Assembly (NCBI GenBank): GCA_046598345.1 | Contig: JBKJIT010000004.1 | Span: 201,226 to 265,225 of the forward strand | Reading direction: 5' to 3' | Source: Minisyncoccia bacterium | GTDB lineage: Bacteria > Patescibacteriota > Minisyncoccia > Phycocordibacterales > UBA918 | DNA: 64,000 bases | Shown: piece by piece, positions 1 to 8,803 of the stretch | Position numbering within the stretch: position 1 is the stretch's first letter | Layout: every line of letters starts with the position of its first letter | Program-made: the position numbers and the translations under genes | Notes under the pieces: generated by a model | Seen by the model: only the letters and a program-made list of their open reading frames with translations | The model's database searches: none | What the model was told of the DNA's origin: nothing

Positions 1-558
1 TCTCAATAACATCCCCTGATCGTTCACAGGTGTTGTTACTTAATACCTGCTCGTTTGCTATGACTGTGTTGCATCCCGGACACCAGTTCACAGTTCCTTT
101 ACCACGGAAAGCAATTCCTTTTTCAAAAAATTGTGTGAACATCCACTGTGTCCAAGCGTAGTACTCCGGGTCAGTTGAGCTTGCTGTCTTGTCCCATGAG
201 TAGGAAGCTCCCATGCTATCAAACTGTGTGAGCATATATTTCACGTTGGCATCAGTCCAATCTTCTGGATCAAGATTACGCTTGATCGCTGCATTTTCTG
301 CAGGAAGACCAAAAGCATCAAACCCCATGGGAAACAATATCTGTATACCCTGCATTCGTCTCATGCGAACATAAATATCTGGAACTGCAAAGGTGTACCA
401 GTGGCCAATGTGAAGATTGCCTGATGGGTACGGCCACTCAATAAGCACATATTCCTTTTCTTTGTTTAGATCACGCGGACCAACATCATAGATGCCAGAT
501 TCCTTCCAGTTTTTCTGCCATTTTTTTTCTATTTCCGTGTGATCGAATTTTTTATGCA
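1..558 (-). CDS. leuS: leucyl-tRNA synthetase, N-terminal part (partial; gene continues past window start)
   Basis: Minus-strand translation from ATG at 558 reads MHKKFDHTEIEKKWQKNW...EYVLIEWPYPSGNLHIGHWYTFAVPDIYVRM...MGFDAFGLPAEN...NWCPGCNTVIANEQV. It has the class I HIGH motif and the LeuRS-type CP zinc motif. There is no stop before coordinate 1. It is absent from the ORF track because it is truncated. Confidence 0.88.
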
Positions 559-609
559 TGTGAAGAAGTACCGACTAAGCGTATGTGTGCGCTCTGGGAA
601 TGTTTCAGT

Positions 610-1512
610 TTAGCGCGTAGGTAGTAGGGTAATAACCCGTGTAAAGCACCAATTTCCGCTCGTATGTTCCCAATCGTATGGATTCTTGACCATACCTACA
701 TCCATCATTGGTGTGTTAGCGTATTGTGCTTGAATCGATGGTGCTGCAAACACAGCACAAAGCTCAAAGGTATCTACATCACTCACTTTGTATGAGTATG
801 CTTCTCGTCCCTCTGGTGCAGCGGGTATAGGAAGTTCACCGTAGGCTTCTTCAAGTGTCGTTGGCAAGTTTTCATTGATTCGGTAGTAATTTTCTACTGT
901 GTACTGAATCATCATGAGATCATTAATTTGAGTTTGATCGATTCGCGTCTCGCGTACCTCACTCGGTGTTTCGGTATTCATGAATCCAACGACGAGCGAA
1001 GCAAGAACTAATACCAGAACGATGCCTCCATACTGAATAGATTCACGTTCGTGTGATTGCCAAAAGTTACGCGCATCGAGTAGATAGTATACGAAACCGG
1101 CGCCAACTACGATAAGAACGACGAGTGCTTTTAATATAAATCGAATACCCAGTTCACCACTTAGGAATTCATTGATGACAGCGACCAGGTCACCTAGAAT
1201 CACCGCTCCCCCGATGAGGAGTGATAAATAAATGAGCCACTTAGTGAGTGAAAGGTATGTGCCTTGTTCTTTCCGGCGGATTTGGTTCACCAATCTCGTG
1301 AGGAGAAGATATGTTGGGAAAAATACAATTAGCATTGCCCCGAAGAACCGAATTGAGCGCGCAGCGCTTTCATATTCGTAATATCCATTTATAACATCAG
1401 GAAATCGTACGGTAATGACACCGAATAAGAATGCTATCAGAGCTGTTAATGAGATATAGAGCGAAATGAGTGACCCGAGCTGCAGAGCGAAGTTTTTTGC
1501 TGTATTTTCCAT
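610..1512 (-). CDS. hypothetical polytopic membrane protein with a C-terminal soluble domain
   Basis: 300-aa ORF with several hydrophobic helices in the first ~180 aa and a hydrophilic C-terminal region. No motif recognised. Confidence 0.5.
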   Translation of the reverse strand: MENTAKNFALQLGSLISLYISLTALIAFLFGVITVRFPDVINGYYEYESAARSIRFFGAMLIVFFPTYLLLTRLVNQIRRKEQGTYLSLTKWLIYLSLLIGGAVILGDLVAVINEFLSGELGIRFILKALVVLIVVGAGFVYYLLDARNFWQSHERESIQYGGIVLVLVLASLVVGFMNTETPSEVRETRIDQTQINDLMMIQYTVENYYRINENLPTTLEEAYGELPIPAAPEGREAYSYKVSDVDTFELCAVFAAPSIQAQYANTPMMDVGMVKNPYDWEHTSGNWCFTRVITLLPTR

Positions 1513-1629
1513 ATGAAGAAATTGTGCGCTTTAATTGTCTTTTTGTAAAGAACGTCCAGTAGTCCCAAGATTCTTTAGAAATCTAAAAAGCTGTATTTAA
1601 TTTTTTGCCTGTATTATACTTAAGGCCTT

Positions 1630-1899
1630 ATGAAAGCTGATGATCTTCAAACCGCACCTAAACTATTTTGTGAAAATATAAAACTCGCCTTCACACCTGA
1701 GTATTTCGCTATGGGCTTGAGTTCAGGAAGTCAGGCAACGATTTATTCACTTACGCCAGGGCATGCGAAGCGACTTATGCAGTATCTTTCCCACGAAATC
1801 GCCCAATATGAAAAAACACATGGCAAGATTGTTGCAGAATGGAGTCCACATATTGTGAGTCCGGTACAGAAGGCCAATAAACCCAACCCTAAGAGCTAG
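1630..1899 (+). CDS. small conserved hypothetical protein (DUF3467-like)
   Basis: 89-aa ORF. The segment NIKLAFTPEYFAMGLSS...ATIYSLTPGHAKRL resembles the DUF3467 small-protein family. This is from memory, not a search. Confidence 0.4.
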   Translation: MKADDLQTAPKLFCENIKLAFTPEYFAMGLSSGSQATIYSLTPGHAKRLMQYLSHEIAQYEKTHGKIVAEWSPHIVSPVQKANKPNPKS

Positions 1900-2034
1900 T
1901 GGTGCAAATACCTCATCTTTTGTGTTTACTGCAACATTCAAACGCTTACCGTATAGAGATACGGCTCACGTTCTCATACCGGTGAAATATGCTCCCAATA
2001 TATTTCACCCTTGAATCTGCGGCGACCTAAGCCC

Positions 2035-2580
2035 CTAGCTGACTGAAGTACGTGTTTTAAGAATGTACATATACAGAATAATTAGAAAGACAAATACGAA
2101 CGCAGACATTAACGGAAACGTTAGGAAATCAAATTCGTAGAAATAGCGTTTTGCGCAGTCTCCTCCAGACGCTGGACATGGAAGGAATGAACTACCGCCC
2201 ACTTGAAGATAGTGTTGGTAGAGTGCAATTATGGTACCCAGTGATGAGAGTACAATTCCATAACGCGCAACTGCCTTGTCTTTGTAATAGATTGCCATTC
2301 CAAGAAGAATGACCTGCGGAAAAAGGAATACCCGTTGCAACCAGCAGAGGCCGCAGGGCACAAACCCAAACACATCAGAATACACAAACCCCATTACTGT
2401 TGAGCCAGTTGTGAGTATGAATGCTGAGAGTAGCCCATAGGTCCGAACAAGGCCTGCGAGCACTTGTTTTCCTTTAAAATCAATAAGGAGCAGAGCAGCT
2501 CCAATACCTACACCAATGCCGAGAATGGCGAGGATAAGGTCTGTTGTCGCAATAATTTCAGCCATACATAGCTTATGCAC
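2035..2580 (-). CDS. disulfide bond formation protein B (DsbB/BdbC family)
   Basis: Four transmembrane segments with two Cys pairs (PCGLCWLQR; CPASGGDC), as in BdbC/DsbB. It overlaps the upstream thioredoxin-fold gene by a few nt, indicating an operon. Confidence 0.7.
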   Translation of the reverse strand: MHKLCMAEIIATTDLILAILGIGVGIGAALLLIDFKGKQVLAGLVRTYGLLSAFILTTGSTVMGFVYSDVFGFVPCGLCWLQRVFLFPQVILLGMAIYYKDKAVARYGIVLSSLGTIIALYQHYLQVGGSSFLPCPASGGDCAKRYFYEFDFLTFPLMSAFVFVFLIILYMYILKTRTSVS

Positions 2581-2986
2581 CGGTCGTTGGTTCAGTCGGA
2601 ACTACACAGTTTGTCTTTTCTGCGAGCGCATCAAACTGCTGTACACCATCAAGCTTGCTACCATCGGCGAAAATCCAGGTAGGATAGCTCTCTACACCGG
2701 CATCAGTACAGACTTGGTTCCTCCCCTGTCCGTTTGGTGTAGAACATTCAACGTATGGCAATTTCGTAGATTTCTTGAAGAGTTCCTTCTGATCTGCACA
2801 GTGCGGGCACCAGAATGCTCCATAGAACTTTGCGCCGGCATCGGCTAGACACTGTGCAAACCCGTCATACACACTCGCAGCTGCGATATTCTCGCGACTG
2901 GCCGTATTACGTACAAAAATAAGTCCTGCAACGAGTACTACTACCAAAATCACATATATATAGGTCATTTTCATAAAAAACAGCAT
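2573..2986 (-). CDS. thioredoxin-fold thiol-disulfide oxidoreductase (DsbA/BdbD-like), membrane-anchored
   Basis: Signal-anchor MKMTYIYVILVVVLVAGL followed by FYGAFWCPHCADQKELF (CPHC active site). The track ORF extends to 3175, but the first ~63 codons run through an intergenic hairpin. Likely starts at 2986, 2974 or 2968. Confidence 0.7.
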   Translation of the reverse strand: MLFFMKMTYIYVILVVVLVAGLIFVRNTASRENIAAASVYDGFAQCLADAGAKFYGAFWCPHCADQKELFKKSTKLPYVECSTPNGQGRNQVCTDAGVESYPTWIFADGSKLDGVQQFDALAEKTNCVVPTEPTTGA

Positions 2987-3005
2987 ATCATTTTTTTTCA
3001 AGTAG

Positions 3006-3036
3006 ATAAAGAAAAAACCCCATGTTGCCATGGGGC
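3006..3036 (-). terminator. hairpin (ccccatg/catgggg) plus U-run read on minus strand; terminator or attenuator just upstream of the dsbA-like start
   Basis: A 7-bp GC stem at 3018-3035 followed on the minus strand by tttttt ctttatc. Confidence 0.45.
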
Positions 3037-3195
3037 CGCTCTGGTTCGTTCGCACATCCGAGCGCAATGTACAAACTTCTGGAAGTCTGGACCGGAACAA
3101 ATTCCGAGATCTAGCTTTTATCACACCGGCCACTCCCGCTTTTGCCTGGCGAGAGGCTACGCAAGGATTATGCAAGAAAGTTTTAATATGTCAAC

Positions 3196-3229
3196 CAAAA
3201 AAGCACCTGCTTTCACAGGTGCTTTTTCC
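3196..3229 (-). terminator. rho-independent terminator of typA (bidirectional hairpin)
   Basis: Stem agcacctg/caggtgct at 3202-3223, directly after the typA stop at 3229-3231. Flanked by A6 on the plus strand (U6 on minus) and T5 on the plus strand. Confidence 0.7.
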
Positions 3230-5025
3230 TAGTTTTTGCGTGTTTTAGATCGTTCCCCTTCTTTCAGTACCTGTTTTCGAAGACGTGTAGATTGTGGTGT
3301 GACTTCAAGATACTCATCGTTAGACATGATTTCAAGTCCAATTTCAATAGAAAGTGGTCGGTGTGGAGTGAGTGTAAGCGCCTCGTCAGTTCCAGACGAG
3401 CGAACGTTTGAAAGCTGCTTTCCTTTTGTCGGATTTACCATCATTTCCTCACCTTTTGATGTATTTCCAATAACCATGCCTTCGTATACTTCAGCGCTCG
3501 GGCCGATGTAGAGCTGTCCACGATCCTGCAAATTCCAAAGAGAAAATCCAAGTGCTTTTCCTGCGGCCATTGAAACCATTGATCCAGCTTGGCGCTTCTT
3601 AATTTCACCTGCGTACGGCTTAAATCCAAGAACTCGAGAGCACAGAATTCCTTCACCTTTTGTATCAATAATGAACTGTCCTTTGTAACCCAGTAGTCCA
3701 CGAGTTGGACCTTCAAGAAGAAGGCGAACTTGATTTCCGTGCATGATCATGTCCGTCATAATAAATGCGCGCTTTCCAAGTCGTTCGATCACCGCACCTT
3801 GAAATTCACTTGGAATATCAACAGTCACTTCTTCGTACGGTTCGTATTTGCCATCTGCTCGTTCTTCGATGATTGCCTGTGGCTGAGAAACTTGCAGTTC
3901 ATACCCTTCACGTCTCATATTCTCGAGTAAAATTGAGATGTGCATTTCTCCTCGCCCGTACACCTTACATGAATCACCACTGTCAAAATCAACTTTGAGT
4001 CCAACGTTAATTTCAAGTTCACGCTCGAGTCGCTCCCGAATTTGACGTGTGGTTACATATTTACCTTCACGTCCCGCAAATGGGGAGTTGTTAACAACGA
4101 AATCAAGGGCAATGGTAGGTTGGTCAACAGCAATTGCAGCGAGCGGCACCGCAGACTCCGAGTCAGCAATCGTTTCCCCAATGTAAATATCATTAAATCC
4201 AGCGACAATGATAATGTCACCTGCATACGCAGTGTCAGACTCCACACGCTCAATGCCCTTAAAGGTGAAGAGCTTAGTAACCCTTCCTTTACGGACTGGT
4301 TGTCCTTCGTGAAGAATAAAAACATTCTGGCCACTTTTAATACTTCCTTCATAAATTCTAGCAATCGCGAGACGACCGAGAAAGTTGTCATACCCGAGGT
4401 TAAACACTTGAGCCTTGAGACCTTCTCCTGGGGTAAATACACGCGCTGGGGGCACTTTTTCTAAAATAACATCGAGAAGCGGAGTAAGATCAGCAGATTC
4501 ATCAGTAAGTTTGCGCTTCGCAATTCCCTGGCGCCCGATTGCGTATACCACGGTAAAATCGGCCTGTTCGTCATTTGCACCAAGTTCAAGGAAGAGTTCG
4601 AGTACCTGCTCTTCAGTCTTGTGTGGATCAGCAGCGGGCTTGTCAATCTTATTGATGACCACAATTGGCTTAAGGCCGAGTTCGAGAGACTTCTTGAGTA
4701 CGAACCGTGTCTGAGGCATGGGGCCTTCCTGAGCGTCTACAATGAGAAGCACAGAGTCGATTGAGCGAAGTACACGCTCTACCTCAGAACCGAAGTCGGC
4801 GTGTCCAGGAGTATCTACAATATTGATTTTTGTACCTTTGTACTCAATAGAGGTGTTTTTTGCGTAAATAGTAATACCTCGCTCCTGTTCAAGAGCGTTT
4901 GAGTCCATTGTCGCAGTAGCATCAGTTACGGCACCAGTTTGTCGCATGATGGCGTCAGTAAGAGTTGTCTTTCCATGGTCAACGTGAGCGATAATCGCAA
5001 TATTTCGTGTTTCTTTTCCGTGCAT
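3229..5025 (-). CDS. typA: translational GTPase TypA/BipA
   Basis: Begins [27 protein letters not shown]...[21 protein letters not shown]. 598 aa with EF-G-like domain organisation. Confidence 0.92.
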   Translation of the reverse strand: MHGKETRNIAIIAHVDHGKTTLTDAIMRQTGAVTDATATMDSNALEQERGITIYAKNTSIEYKGTKINIVDTPGHADFGSEVERVLRSIDSVLLIVDAQEGPMPQTRFVLKKSLELGLKPIVVINKIDKPAADPHKTEEQVLELFLELGANDEQADFTVVYAIGRQGIAKRKLTDESADLTPLLDVILEKVPPARVFTPGEGLKAQVFNLGYDNFLGRLAIARIYEGSIKSGQNVFILHEGQPVRKGRVTKLFTFKGIERVESDTAYAGDIIIVAGFNDIYIGETIADSESAVPLAAIAVDQPTIALDFVVNNSPFAGREGKYVTTRQIRERLERELEINVGLKVDFDSGDSCKVYGRGEMHISILLENMRREGYELQVSQPQAIIEERADGKYEPYEEVTVDIPSEFQGAVIERLGKRAFIMTDMIMHGNQVRLLLEGPTRGLLGYKGQFIIDTKGEGILCSRVLGFKPYAGEIKKRQAGSMVSMAAGKALGFSLWNLQDRGQLYIGPSAEVYEGMVIGNTSKGEEMMVNPTKGKQLSNVRSSGTDEALTLTPHRPLSIEIGLEIMSNDEYLEVTPQSTRLRKQVLKEGERSKTRKN

Positions 5026-5088
5026 AAATAAGTAAAAAAATAAAATGCGCCAGCCTGGGCGCGATGTGTGGATTAAAATAACCTTAAA

Positions 5089-5358
5089 TTAACGTTTCGT
5101 CAACTTTTTAGCTCGGATAAGGGCAATTTTCTCATTTCGCGTGAGTTTCTTAATGGCTGCTTCACGTACCTGGGCCTCGCTTCGCGAAGCCCAGGTTTCC
5201 CTAAAAACAATCTCAATCGGAAAACGACCTCGTGTATATTTAGCACCTGTCTTCCCTTCCTTGTGCTCTCTGAACCGCCGGTCTACATCAGTGGTGACAC
5301 CAGTGTAGAGAGATGCATCACTGCACTTAAGAATATATACAAACCACTTTTGCATCAT
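5089..5358 (-). CDS. GIY-YIG nuclease family protein (UPF0213-like)
   Basis: WFVYILKCSDASLYTGVTTDVDRRFREH is a GIY-YIG motif. 89 aa. Confidence 0.75.
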   Translation of the reverse strand: MMQKWFVYILKCSDASLYTGVTTDVDRRFREHKEGKTGAKYTRGRFPIEIVFRETWASRSEAQVREAAIKKLTRNEKIALIRAKKLTKR

Positions 5359-5570
5359 TTTGTCTTCGACAACCGCTGGGACACTGCCATTGAAACTGCT
5401 GCCGTTCCTAAGAATATTGGAAGATTGTTTTTGAGGAGACTGACGTGGGTAAAGGTGAAGTTAAACAAGTCCTGCGCGATGAGGAGTGCAAGAAGCGCAA
5501 GCACGGTCGTAAGAAGCAAGTATTTAAAGCTTGAAAGAAACTTTGTAAAAAATGTGATGGTTTCGCTCAT
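5355..5570 (-). CDS. possible small membrane protein
   Basis: 71-aa ORF with one transmembrane helix. Its stop overlaps the GIY-YIG start as ATGA. No homology recognised. Confidence 0.3.
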   Translation of the reverse strand: MSETITFFTKFLSSFKYLLLTTVLALLALLIAQDLFNFTFTHVSLLKNNLPIFLGTAAVSMAVSQRLSKTK

Positions 5571-5647
5571 ATGAATATTCTGAATGTACTAATCCCATTA
5601 GTATACGTGATGAAGAAATGATCACCAAATTTCTTCATTTACATATT

Positions 5648-6745
5648 TTAAATCAAAAACTCAATCACATCACCCTCCTTCACAATGTATTCCTTCCCTT
5701 CCGTACGGAGTTTTCCTGTAGAGCGTGCGACTGCGATTGAGCCAGCGTTTACAAGGTCGTCGAATGCCACGACCTGCGCGCGGATATACTTTTCCTTAAA
5801 GTCAGTGTGAATAGCAGCACCTGCCTCAGGTCCCGTTGCACCTTGCTTTACTGTCCATGCACGGGTCTCCTTCTCACCAGTTGTAAAATAAGACATGAGC
5901 CCCAGGCGATGGTAGCAGGCCTTAATAAGCGAATCAATTCCAGAGTCCAGGGTTGCATACTCACGACGGAACTCCGTTTTTTCTTCTTCTTCTAAATCTT
6001 TAAGTTCATTTTCAATACCTGCATCAATGAGTACGTACTCAGAGTGAGTTGATTCCATAAAATCCATGAGCTCAGTCCACCGGTCATCATTTGTCTCATC
6101 AAAATTGTATCCACTATTCTTCTTGTTGAGGACATAGAGAAACTGCTTCATCGTAAGCAGATGAAGATGCTTTATAAGCATGAGTTCTTCCTCATCCATT
6201 GGAAGTGTGTTTGCAAGTTTGCCACCTTCGAGGTGAGGGAGAAGTCGTTCAAGAAGCGCTTTTTCCTTTACTGCTGACTTGTCGCCCCTTCGTGCATCTT
6301 TTTCGACATTCTGGTGTCGCTTCGCAACGGTTTCACCATCGGCAAGAATTAGTTCAAGATTGATGACTTCAATATCGGAAAGAGGATCTACTGCACCACC
6401 TACGTGAATGACATCGGGATCATCAAAAATACGCACTACTTCTGCAATCATATCGACTTCTCGAATATTTGAGAGAAATTTGTTTCCAAGCCCCTCACCT
6501 TCAGATGCTCCCTTTACAATTCCGGCAATATCAACGAATTCAACGACTGCATGAATGACTTTTTCAGAACTTGAGATCGCTGCGAGTGTTTGAAGTCGCG
6601 GGTCGGGAACAGCAACAACCCCCACTGAAGGATCAATGGTACAGAAAGGGTAGTTTTCAGCGGGGACAGAATTCTTCGTGAGTGCATTAAAAAGCGTAGA
6701 TTTTCCTACGTTTGGCAGCCCTACAATTCCAACGGATAGTGACAT
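5648..6745 (-). CDS. ychF: ribosome-binding ATPase YchF
   Basis: [18 protein letters not shown] and the C-terminal TGS domain (VKEGDVIEF). Confidence 0.92.
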   Translation of the reverse strand: MSLSVGIVGLPNVGKSTLFNALTKNSVPAENYPFCTIDPSVGVVAVPDPRLQTLAAISSSEKVIHAVVEFVDIAGIVKGASEGEGLGNKFLSNIREVDMIAEVVRIFDDPDVIHVGGAVDPLSDIEVINLELILADGETVAKRHQNVEKDARRGDKSAVKEKALLERLLPHLEGGKLANTLPMDEEELMLIKHLHLLTMKQFLYVLNKKNSGYNFDETNDDRWTELMDFMESTHSEYVLIDAGIENELKDLEEEEKTEFRREYATLDSGIDSLIKACYHRLGLMSYFTTGEKETRAWTVKQGATGPEAGAAIHTDFKEKYIRAQVVAFDDLVNAGSIAVARSTGKLRTEGKEYIVKEGDVIEFLI

Positions 6746-6854
6746 ACGCTGTTAGCCTATCAGATTCTTACCGTATTTCAAAAAGATGAAGGCATTCACA
6801 TCTTTTGAAAGTGGTCTTCGAGTACAAACTGCGGAATAATAGCACTCACTAATC

Positions 6855-7076
6855 TCACTTGAGATATGATGCGAGAGCTTCTTCAGCCTCACGAACCAGC
6901 GCCTCGTCGTCAGCATTAATAAGACCATTTGCAAGTGTCTTGAGTACGCCATGAATTTCTTTTGCAGGATAGCCACGCTCTAATAGCTTCTCTGCTTCAA
7001 TAAGCACTTCATTTTCCTCAGTCATAAGACTTTTCTTTAATGCTCGCTCAAAAAAAGTGGTAAAGGGATGTGACAT
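6855..7076 (-). CDS. small hypothetical helical protein
   Basis: 73-aa ORF. The overlapping 6752-6976 ORF is the less likely alternative. Confidence 0.35.
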   Translation of the reverse strand: MSHPFTTFFERALKKSLMTEENEVLIEAEKLLERGYPAKEIHGVLKTLANGLINADDEALVREAEEALASYLK

Positions 7077-8149
7077 ATGAACTAGTATACGATACGAATA
7101 CCTGTCGTATACGTGGTTTTTGTGGTATTACATCAAGTATGGATACACTCCTTGTAGAAAAGGCAACTCAAAATGTGCGTGATATTCTTAGTGAGGCGAT
7201 TCTCTATACATCAGCAGAAAGGGCGCTCGTTGTATATGACACGGATTCGGAACTTGCACAGATTTTAGTTCAAGCATATAAAAACGCGCTTCCAGATGCG
7301 CGGTTTGTTGATTTCGGACAGTCACACAAAGATGAGATCATTGGACTTTTCAATTCACTTAGCCCTAAAGATCTTGTTGTGCTCATCCAAACATCAGATT
7401 TCAGGCTGAATGAGTTTCGAATACGGATTTATTTGTTTGAAAAAGGTCTTAAGGTCGTTGATCACCTCCACCTCTACCGCAATACTCCCGACTCTTACGA
7501 GACGTACATTGATGCGCTTGCGTACGATAGCGCATGGTATCGCGGTGTAGGTCGAAGGCTCAAAGGTATACTAGAAAAAACAGAAGAGCTCCGTATCATT
7601 GGCCGCGACACCACGCTCACTATTACAAAAGGACTTGAGGAGCCAAAACTGAACGTCGGAGACTACACTGGTATGAAAAATATTGGAGGAACGTTTCCTA
7701 TAGGGGAAGTATTTACTGAAGCCAAGGATTTTGGTGGAATGAATGGCTCGCTTCGCATTCACGCTTTTGCAAATATAGATTTCAACATTACTTTTTTCGA
7801 ACCTTTTACTATTCATATCACTGAAGGGATTCTTACAGGCTGGAGCGAGGACACCCCTCAGTCATTTATTGATGTAGTAGAACAGGTTCGAAGTCACGAG
7901 CGGGCACTCATCCGTGAAATTGGATTTGGAATGAATCGCGCAATTAGTCGTGAACGTCCACTTAAAGACATTACTGCGTTTGAACGTAATTTAGGACTCC
8001 ATGTCTCGCTAGGAGAAAAGCACAGTGTGTTTAAAAAACCTGGAATTAGTGCTGACAAAACTCGTTTTCACGTTGACCTCTTCCCTGCTGTTGATACCGT
8101 TTTTGCAGACGAGGAAATTATCTTTGAGAATGGTACGTACACCGTCTAA
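7070..8149 (+). CDS. M29-family aminopeptidase-like protein (AmpS/AmpT-like)
   Basis: FPIGEVFTEA, LIREIGFGMN and HVDLF resemble conserved aminopeptidase T blocks. This is a memory-based alignment. The start may be the internal Met at 7139. Confidence 0.45.
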   Translation: MTYELVYDTNTCRIRGFCGITSSMDTLLVEKATQNVRDILSEAILYTSAERALVVYDTDSELAQILVQAYKNALPDARFVDFGQSHKDEIIGLFNSLSPKDLVVLIQTSDFRLNEFRIRIYLFEKGLKVVDHLHLYRNTPDSYETYIDALAYDSAWYRGVGRRLKGILEKTEELRIIGRDTTLTITKGLEEPKLNVGDYTGMKNIGGTFPIGEVFTEAKDFGGMNGSLRIHAFANIDFNITFFEPFTIHITEGILTGWSEDTPQSFIDVVEQVRSHERALIREIGFGMNRAISRERPLKDITAFERNLGLHVSLGEKHSVFKKPGISADKTRFHVDLFPAVDTVFADEEIIFENGTYTV

Positions 8150-8658
8150 GCTCCCTCTGCATTAGATTTTTTTGCGTACTTTGCATAAAAGTACCAAACG
8201 TAGGCAACTAAAAGGAACGCGAGGTTCGGAAAAAAGATCATAGGATTTCCCCAGCCTACGCCATCAACTTTAAAATCCGAAAGCGGCCAGAGGAACGGCG
8301 TCGGGAAGAATGCATAACTGTGGGTGAAAATATCGAGAAGTATATGGAGTCCCCATCCTCCCATTTCCCATATCGGTCGACCGATGAAATACCATACGAG
8401 CATGAAGGCAATGGTAAAGGTGATGAAGCTGTGCGAAATATCGTAGAGGCGATATACGTAGTCAGGGATTGTGAGTGTAAGCGTCGAGGGTGCGAAATGA
8501 AAAAATGCATAGCCCTGACGAATAACACGTTCTATAAAGAATATGCCAAACGAAAATAGATCTGGAGCTATTCCAAACGCAAATGCGAGCCAGAAACTCT
8601 TCTTCGAAGTGCGTCCCAACGCTACACTACTCCATAAACCGTGCGAAATAATATCCAT
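8146..8658 (-). CDS. membrane-bound metal-dependent hydrolase (YdjM/DUF457-like)
   Basis: 170-aa polytopic protein with HxxxD-type motifs (GLHILLDIFTHS). Confidence 0.55.
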   Translation of the reverse strand: MDIISHGLWSSVALGRTSKKSFWLAFAFGIAPDLFSFGIFFIERVIRQGYAFFHFAPSTLTLTIPDYVYRLYDISHSFITFTIAFMLVWYFIGRPIWEMGGWGLHILLDIFTHSYAFFPTPFLWPLSDFKVDGVGWGNPMIFFPNLAFLLVAYVWYFYAKYAKKSNAEGA

Positions 8659-8738
8659 AAGTATGCTTCATGCCGAGTAATGTCCACCGTTCATAACGGT
8701 TTTATCATTGTGACACATGTAAGTTGATCAAAACAAGA

Positions 8739-8778
8739 TGTATGGACAACTTGACAAATATGTTGTATTGTATGGACA
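8739..8778 (+). promoter_or_regulatory. direct repeat TGTATGGACA x2 flanking a TTGACA -35-like hexamer upstream of the RND operon
   Basis: Exact 10-bp copies at 8739-8748 and 8769-8778, 30 bp apart. TTGACA at 8751-8756. The membrane-fusion-protein gene starts at 8804. Confidence 0.4.
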
Positions 8779-8803
8779 TTAGTACTATTTATTTTCGCTG
8801 GGT

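Noticed and set aside
1981-2012. 10-bp perfect hairpin ggtgaaatat/atatttcacc downstream of dsbB
   Set aside because: There is no U-run on either strand, so I cannot call it a terminator. Noted only as a possible RNA structure.
2516-2848. Plus-strand ORF antisense to the dsbB/dsbA genes
   Set aside because: It fully overlaps two well-supported minus-strand genes and has no recognisable features.
2987-3175. In-frame 63-codon N-terminal extension of the dsbA-like ORF (track ORF 2573-3175)
   Set aside because: Arg-rich, non-protein-like composition. It runs through a terminator hairpin and a promoter-like region. A Met followed by a hydrophobic signal-anchor at 2986/2974 is the natural start.
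6752-6976. 74-aa minus ORF overlapping 6855-7076
   Set aside because: Only one of the two overlapping frames can be real. This one has the less protein-like composition, with many Cys/Arg in a random pattern.
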